Assembly: GCF_964204865.1 (NCBI RefSeq) | Contig: NC_135260.1 | Span: forward strand, 5,518,001-5,582,000 | DNA length: 64,000 nucleotides | DNA from: Styela clava | Taxonomy: Eukaryota | Direction of reading: 5' to 3' | In this document: positions 55,641-64,000 of the stretch, piece by piece | Layout: the number at the start of each line of letters is the position of its first letter | Position numbering within the stretch: the first letter of the stretch is position 1 | Notes under the pieces: generated by a model | Database searches by the model: none | What the model was told of the DNA's origin: nothing | The model's input: only the letters and a program-made list of their open reading frames with translations | Program-made: the position numbers and the translations under genes

Positions 55641-58600
55641 ATGAGAAAGAAAAAAGATTTCCTAAATAAATATCAAATTATTCTCGGGATACTGATATTA
55701 TGTGAGTATTTTATTATCTGGGCATATTCTGGATATGTTTGTATATTTATGTTTCTATATTTAATTTGATGAATGACTGAAACCCAATATTTCATTTTAA
55801 ATTTTTATAGCAATCAGCCTTAGTCTGAATGGAGCCCAAATATGCACCAAATGTCCCAGTGTAATACTTGGAACAGAGAATGAGAATATAACATACGGAC
55901 CAAGTAATGAACTCAACTGCCAATGTGATTGGACAATACCAACAAGTATGGACACAGATCATGAAACTGCAGTTGTTCTGCTGTTGCAAAATGTTTCACT
56001 GCCAATGACAACGGATGGAATTACAGACTGCTCTGGAGAAATCAGATTTCCAAGTGAGCCGATTTGGTCCAATTCATAAATACTGTTTAAGCTACCAGCA
56101 GTGATCGGTAGAATTGTAAAAATCTAAACTATTTGTTTTCAAACTGGAGTCCGCGGTCGCTTAGGGGTCCGCGAAGCGATTTTAGAGGGACCACAAGACA
56201 ACTTGAACCGTGGCACAAAAGCACTTTAATCTGAAGTAGGCTACATCAACTATTGATTTCATTCTTGGTGAACATATTTGAATCAGTGAATTTTGTTAAT
56301 TTGGCCCTGCAAGGAAACGATATCACCGTACTCCAATGTCATGAAAAATTAACTGCCTTCAAAATGAAGCTAACATAATGGCGATCTGAGTTAGAAATCA
56401 GTAACTTTGGCCAATTTCCAGATCGAAATTCATTTATCGATTAAAATGAACTTGACATAAGAGAAGAAAGTTATCGTTGCTTACCTACCGTACCTTACCA
56501 GATTTTGAAAAATATTATCGATTCTTCAATAACCTGTTTGGAATCACTGTTAGCGATCTACCTTCGGAAGACAGTTTAATTCAAGAACAGTTTATCGATC
56601 TTGTGAGCAGGGATGGCCATTTCCGAATACTAAACTATTCCGAATACATTCTTAAATAATGTTTTCGAATCTGGAATTCCGAATACATTCTAAAATCGAA
56701 AATAACACATTTTTGTTTTAGTTTATTAAAAACCAGTAAATTAGGAAATAAGCTTTAATAGAAATATCAGAATAAAGCCACAAACCAACAATATATGTAC
56801 ACAAAGTAATTGATAGTTTATAGCTATCAATAAAAAATAATAGCAGCTTGTGACACAGTCAGTTTATTAAAATTACTTACTTTGTACAAATGACCATATG
56901 AAAAGATAGCCATTGAGGAGTTGTTTGACGCTTTCTATCATTGGTACCATGATATTACGATAATAGTCAAGTCTATTGACAAAAATACTACTTGTATTCA
57001 GATAATTGTGTATATTTTCTGAAAGTAATAAAATTTATTGGCAATACAGGCAACTGAAACAAGCAACAACAATCGAAAATCCATTATTCCTTTAAAAAAT
57101 TCTAATATTAAAGCCTAGAGTATTCTACTACCTACCAGTATATTTTTATATTAATTTATTAGAACCATATTGTAATTATGTGTAACATATTGTTGTGTTT
57201 GAAATTAGAAATGAATTAGTAGAGGATAGATGACCACCACTGCCAGCCGCGCAGCCAGGATTTTCGAAATCGGAAATTCCCATTGCCGCCTGTAACAACC
57301 ACCACGATTACGCGCTCGTTAAAAGAGTCGTCTTTTCAGCGTATAATGATCATCCTGTTACGTAAAATATTCAATCCATGACAACTACGAGATTTTAAAA
57401 TATCTTTACATATTAATTTAATGCGTCCAACGTAACTCGCGGTTGCTTCTTCTTACGTCAAAAAAACATTACTATTCGGTCCACGGCGATCTGTGACCTA
57501 AAAGTATGAGATAAACTGCCTGATGTATTTAATTTTAATACGTATTTTTGCAATCTTGCCAATTCGTTATCGCCGTTAGAATAATCTCAAATAATGATAT
57601 AAAATCCTGTTAAGTGTAGAGTATAATTCATTTCATACAAGGAATATACATATAAAGTTTAGCAGTAAATAAAAAATACATATTCATCGCCGCGATTATG
57701 CCACCTGTTAGAAGCGTCGACTTTTACAACAAATAATATAACAACGAATATATATTTTTCTGTTGTGCAAAGTGATGAATTCGTGACCAATTGTCTTCAA
57801 TTTAACCTGCGGTTGCGTCGACAAAATAAAATCCTCACCACTCTTATATACCATTGCAATTCGTGGTCATAAAAATAAAAACGTGTGGTAAACCAGCCGA
57901 TTAAATAATGTTTTGATCCGTATTTTGCGAATTCGGCAAATAATTAGATGTACTTGTTAGAAAAAACTGTTCAAAAAATCCATGAATCTGCTGTAACATC
58001 TCAGAGTAAAATTTATTTCATAACAATAAAATTGATTGAATATACTTTAGATTAATTATATTATATACATCCTCACAACCCGGGCGTTTCGAACCATGTA
58101 TCATGTTAACACGAAAATATTCGACGGCAATTTAAAGTAATGGATAACCAGGCAAATCCCGCTCTCAATTTGTGACGATAGGTTTCTAAACGTCGACCAA
58201 ACCAAATTTTGCGATTTTCACTGCCTAGAAAAGTGTTATTTAAACTTTCGTGGGCCTCAATAAAACTTATATTGTTTACGGTTTTATTTTTAGTATTTTA
58301 AATTGCCACTTCTCAATCAAAAAGTTGCGTTGTCTTTAGAAACTCACCGCCGATGAACGTATTTTACCAGATTCACAATTCCGTGCGCGTACAAAAATAA
58401 AATAATTGTCATCATTATCGTGTAACAAATTTGTGGGAAATTTTCGTTTTAGAGAAATTAACACAAACGTAAAGGCGTTTACGGCCTAAATAACACGTTA
58501 CGCTGATGAGTGATGAAAACAATCACGCGCAAGTTTTTATCAAGAATGTTTTCATTCAACGGAAACGTCTTGAAAGCGACTTCGAAAATGTGTGACGTCA

Positions 58601-61600
58601 CACAAATATCGATATTCTTATGAAAGCTAATTCTGATATTCGAATAACGAGATATTCGAATACATTTGAATACTTTATTCGAATTGACCATCCCTGCTTG
58701 TGAGTGATGGTGGTACAAAACCAAATTTACAAGACATGCCCGCAGTGAATTTGGATTGAAATGGCCTATCCCGATGTCGCTAAGATGGCACTAAAACTTG
58801 CGAATGGGAGGCAGCTTTTTCTACGTTACTTGCTATTAAAACAAAATGCCGAAACAGTATGGCTGTGAGACACGATATGAGAGTTGCATTATCCAAAACA
58901 GAACCTGAGGTAGTAAAACTAGTGGAAGCCAAGAAGGCGCACCCATCTCATTGAATAGTGGAAAGAGGGTCATCAGAAAAATTGTAAGGGGACTGTTATG
59001 CGTAATTTTTCAAAAAGTTTGAGAACCACTGGTCTAATCCTTATAATAGTCAAGTTTGGGCTTGTTAGAAATTTTGAAGATTCCCAGAAGGTGATTTATT
59101 CCCAGAATGTTGGTGTTAAATGATAAAAAATGGTCTTTTGTTAGAACTAATTTTTGCTATATTTAGGTTGAAATCTAGCGAATGAGATTTGCAAATTGAA
59201 AGAGAGTAAACAGTATCTTGCGAAAATACAGAATATTCATTACATAGAGGTCATAAATTTTTTTAGAGGAAACTGTGACCAAACAAAATGATTAAACTTA
59301 GGTAACGAGTAATGCTTTGTGAGTCTAGTGTAAACGCGTACCAATCATCTTCTTTTCTTATCCAATTAATAAAAATAATCATAAATCCCATTCAGGTTGA
59401 ATGGTCAATACCTGGGCAAGCATTTATCCTATGAAATCCACACAAATTTCAACAAAAAATCATTTTTCTCAGAAAATATTTCACTCATCAATACTTTGGT
59501 TTTTGTTCAGGCACTAATCAGGCAAAATGTGAGTTTCCAACCAACTACTGTCTTGTATTTGCAACTGGATCAACCATTTGCAACATCAACAAAACCAGAG
59601 AGAAAATTCCAGTTGCAAATCACACCTGTGATTCAATCATTCCATGGAATAGAGTTGGAGGAAGCCCATACAAGATAGAATACTATGCAGGAAACCATGC
59701 TGGTTACTCAAAATACTTCACAATACAATATCTTGTGATAGATTGCAGACCAGCAACAACCAAAATACCACTCAGTAAGTGTCATAAACCAATCTTATGT
59801 TACTTTTTTCAGTCCTTAACACTCCTTTAAAACAACCAAGAGAATATTCAATCAATTGATGCTAAGGCTAAGGGCATAGCTGACAAAGTGACATGAGCAA
59901 AAGGTTAATTTATCAATTTAAGGGTTGTGATAACGTTGACAAAGACAATACACATGGGTTCAAGTAACACGCTTGGTACTTGCATAGTATGTATACCAGG
60001 GTAGGGTTAGGCCATAATTGTAATCCGATTTTCCTTATTTTAGTTTTATTCCAAGTTCAGGGACTGTCTGTGTTAGCCAAGCGATTATACCTGCCCATAG
60101 GTTTGAGTCACTTTACACAACTTGATGTAAAGTGTGCAAACAAAATTAGTTACCTCCATATTGGCACCATACTTTTGGGGCGCCACATGCTCAGTGGAAC
60201 AGCTGAGATCAGAAGAAATTTTGAAAAGGTACAGTAAAAATTATACATTGATTTGTGTGATTTTGTGCTCAACCATACAGCAGCTTTCATTGAAGATAAA
60301 ATATTAAAACAATTAATACTGTTTTATTTCAAGGCACCACTGAAGCAGCAGGATTTTCAACAACGCCTATATCAACTATAGGAGAAAAATTACACAATTC
60401 AAGTACCGGTAAGTAAAAAATTCAAATCAATCCATTCATACACTATGCTACAAGCAAAGCTTAACAGCTCAAATATCTTGAACTTTTAAATACCGTAATT
60501 TACGGACAATAAGGCTCACTTTGAATCTTTTTTCTCTGAAAATCGATCATGCGCCTCTTAAGCCGGTACGCTGAATGTATCACGTAATGCTTTATGGCCT
60601 ATTTACAAAACCAGTATCTATACTATTGTTTTATAAACAAACTGTCGTTTTATGTTTTTTTTAGATAAAATTCAATACCCATTAAAATATTTTTGTTTAA
60701 TGAATATTGTATGGTTAACCCGATACTCCTTAAAAACCGTCTTATGGTCCGCTGTGCCTATGTATGGACAGAACCTCAATCTAAGCAATTTATTGACAGT
60801 GCGTAAATACGGTGTATATTATTTATATAACATATAATATTTATATAATAATCTTTATCACCCAATAAATATAAAATGAATATCACACTACAACATTGAC
60901 CAATGTCTTAAACAATTTGACAGGCAATGCTGAATTAGAAGCAACTACAGAGCAGACAGAATCTTTCAATCATCCCACAACAATCCAATCCAGCACTCCC
61001 AACACAGAATTGATGAGCAATACAAAACTTATCATCATAATTGCAGCCTCAGGTTTAGGATCACTTATCATTGTGACTGTTATCTTGCTGATAGGAAGGT
61101 AGGGATATATTTCTTGACATAAATTTAATTAAATTTATGAATTCAATTTTTTCCTGATCTTGGTTCAAGTATGAAAAATAATGATATATTTAAAGAAAAA
61201 AAAGATTGAATTGGGATGCTGGGGTGTCACTGTACGTTCTGCCTCTTTTTTTATATGATATATTTATATGCCTTTTGTGCTAAACACGTCCTACGTCCTT
61301 GTTTCAGCACGTAGGCTAATGGAAAAATACTACAGCACACTACAGCAATTAATTAATTAAAGAAAAAATGAGTTATTATTATTATAATTTATATAATATA
61401 TACGAGTTTTCAAACATTACCATATCACTCACTACAGATATCACTGCCCAAAAAAGAGTTCAACGACCATTGGAGACAGCAATGACAACACTGCAGATGC
61501 TGGCACTGAAAGGGAAATTGTTGATAATCCACTCTACGGCACAACTCCGAATGGCCATCAATCAGAAATAATCATCAATGGGATTTATGACACAACTACA

Positions 61601-61765
61601 GGATCTCAAGATATAGAAGAAAATGCAGCAATTGACGAACCATGCGTGTATGCAGTAATTCAGAAAAAAGATTCCCCACAGAATGAAATGAAAGCTGGCA
61701 CTGTAATCATCGAAGATGATGAACCTTCAAGCCTTTATGCAGTCGTGCATAAAGACAAAAAGTAA
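55641..61765 (+). CDS. Receptor copy R8, ITIM- and NPxY-bearing, ~381 aa
   Basis: Exons 55641-55701, 55811-56053, 59511-59774, 60334-60408, 60924-61098, 61438-61765. GT-AG, 1146 nt open. Tail motifs DNPLY, NGIY, CVYAVI, SLYAVV. Confidence 0.87.
56130..59031 (+). mobile_element. Decayed Buster/Charlie-type hAT transposon with transposase C-terminal remnant, split by a younger insertion
   Basis: Right end AAGTTTGAGAACCACTG, degenerate left end, flanks ATCTAAAC / GTCTAATC with central TA. 58750-58954 encodes, with frameshifts, WIEMAYPDVAKMALK...CEWEAAFSTLLAIKTKCRNSMAVRHDMRVALSKTEPEVVKLVEAKKAHPSH*, the Buster-family C-terminal dimerisation signature. Confidence 0.78.
56608..58696. mobile_element. 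2.1 kb non-autonomous hAT element nested in the Buster remnant
   Basis: TIR CAGGGATGGCCA / TGACCATCCCTG, subterminal CGAATA repeats at both ends, perfect 8-bp TSD CTTGTGAG at 56600-56607 and 58697-58704. No long ORF. Confidence 0.9.
60491..60814. mobile_element. Pogo/Tigger-like MITE in R8 intron 4
   Basis: Imperfect inverted ends TACCGTAATTTACGG / GCGTAAATACGGTG. Confidence 0.5.
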
Positions 61766-64000
61766 AACTAACAGAGACACAATATGAGACTCAAAAAAAA
61801 ACTTCCGAAATAAGATAAATTCGCCTCAAAACAAGCCATTTATAAACACATTTCCATTTTTGAGACATGTTTCGTAATCTATGATAAAAATGACAGAAAT
61901 GTTGCGCATGAAGACATAAAGTAATCGAACTTCCAAAGATTTATTACAAGACTTAAAAAAACATCAGAATTATAACCGATATATTTACATGAGATAAAAC
62001 AAATTTCATGAAAACCTAAAATTTTGAGTCACTTCCGACATTTTTCAAAAGAAATAACAGACGAGCAAGATTTACTATGGTTAAAATTTTAGAATGTTTT
62101 TTCATATCTTAGAATAGTATTTTTTATTTCTGTTTATCATATATATTATATTGTTCAATATACAATTATCCCATAATTGACTGGTGAGTCATATTCTGTG
62201 TGAACATGTCCTCAGACAAGAAGGCCGGTTTGACACAATAAATTGCAATAAGAGTAGTTAAGTACTTTTATGGGTACTCTTGTAGTGTGTGTACCAGGTT
62301 AGGGTTAGACCATAATTTTATTCCAATTTTCCTTATTTTAGTTCTATTACGAGTTCGGGAACTGTCTTGTGCATATAGGTTTCAGTCCCTTTATACAATT
62401 TGATGCAAAGCGGGCGAATAAAATTAGTTACCTCCATATTGACACACCTCTGGAGCGCCATAAACTTACTGTAAATCATTTTCATACTTGCTAGTATTCT
62501 GTATGGAACATTGCACACCACTAAATAAAACAAAACCCATTTAACAGACCATGAAACTTAGCGGCCAAGTTAATTATAAGTTAATGGGATTCAGCAAAAT
62601 AACAAATATAGGTAACTACACATCAATAATTTTAAAACTGTATAAGATCTTTTCACAGGCAGAAACGAGCAATCATATTCACTCAGTAACTTAATGATGG
62701 TGTTGTGCAAAGTTGATATATTGTCTACAACTGTTTAACAATCAACAGATTGGTAAGGTGGATAAATAATAGATCTCAATTTGAACATAAAATACCTTGT
62801 TTGTAATTCTGAATCGGAAAGGTCCTCCAAAAATTGAAGCTCCTCACTGTTGTACACTACACTACTCATTATTTTTTTTTATATGCTATACATATAGCAG
62901 AAATTGTATGCTCAACTTCGCACCCAAGTATTTATGCCCGAATGAGCCTTGATGTATTTTTTTTAAATTCACTCCAATGTCTAGTTTGCTATTTTGGATT
63001 AAATGGGCCCTTGCACCAGCACATCTTGAATCTTTTTAGATTTCTCCTACTTTCCTGATTTCCGTATAAATTTGTTCGATTTTGCCCTGTATTGCTTTTT
63101 TGTAATGGAAAATCGAATAAACTTACTTACTTAAAAGTGGCTGCCTGTTATGAAGTTTTTTTCAGTGTACAAGACTATGCCGGTAGTATTATTCAACTCA
63201 AGAAACAACTGGACAACAATATCTGCGTCTATTTTCATTATTAATTCATTTTTGTCACTTGAGCTTTTTATGAGTTACAGGCTATTCTGAAAATTGCAGT
63301 AAAAATAGTGTAATTAAAGCCACTAGCGGGAAAATATTCTGGAAAATTTCTAAATCTATGACGTCAGATTAATTGATTGACATAAAAAGGCTTTTGAAAA
63401 CTGATCCCAACAAAAACCTCAGGCATATTAATGTTCTAGCAAAACATGCAAAATTTTTTATGATAAACACATGCATTACTACTTTGAATACTTGCGATTA
63501 TTTATTATTTTCAGATTGGCACACTCAAACAAAGCTAACAGATGATACACCCACACACAGGAAAACATTATACATCTGAGGAGGCTGATTATGACGTCAT
63601 TTTGTATGCAAAATTAAATTTGCCTGTTTGAGAAGATATCCTTATTAAAGTTGAAGACTAATTTTAAAGGTACAACTTGTACAAGGATAGATAATGATTT
63701 TGATCCTCATCAATTCAACATCTTTATAAATAGAAAATTTTTTTTTTTTAAATTGTATGTTCACAAGACCCGAAACTGCTGATTCTTCCCCAGTATTGTG
63801 GAAAAATGAATTGAAAATTATCTAAGACTAAAGTGGTTTAGTGAGACATGTTTTGACACCCTGCTGTTTTACATAAAGGCCAGCTAAAATTAGATCCCAG
63901 CATGATATCATAGGTTTCTTTTTGTCCTGAACATTTATTCAATAAAATTCTATCTGTGGAATGGAATACTTTAAGATTATTTTGTATTTTCAGATGGAAA

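Noticed and set aside
1-64000. Prokaryotic systems (operons, CRISPR arrays, defence islands)
   Set aside because: The sequence is eukaryotic, with spliceosomal introns and SINEs. There is no regularly spaced repeat-spacer array.

Overview
AT-rich, intron-rich animal genomic DNA. It looks like an invertebrate, possibly an ascidian, but the host cannot be established from sequence alone. The ORF track is misleading because the real genes are spliced. The main content is a head-to-tail + strand array of nine paralogous 6-exon genes (9977-61765). Each encodes a type I membrane protein: signal peptide, a 10-cysteine CUB-like ectodomain, a Ser/Thr-rich stalk, one TM helix and a tyrosine-motif tail. 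Six copies (R1-R4, R6, R8) encode tails with two NxxY motifs and two ITIM-type YAVV/YAVI motifs. R5 has lost its distal ITIM, R7 has no tail exon, and R2 has a broken TM-exon acceptor and may be secreted. The divergent copy RA has a GxxxGxxxG TM and an unrelated, non-ITIM tyrosine-rich tail. Ectodomain loops are hypervariable, tails are homogenised, and the copies are mosaics of one another. Together this fits an apparently undescribed paired (inhibitory/activating/decoy) immune- or allorecognition-type receptor cluster, which is an inference. The window also holds a 4-exon TPR-like gene (290-3605), three intact minus-strand exons of the RNA helicase MTREX/MTR4 (7505-9184) with no other MTREX exons found, tRNA-derived SINEs, MITEs and nested hAT transposons.
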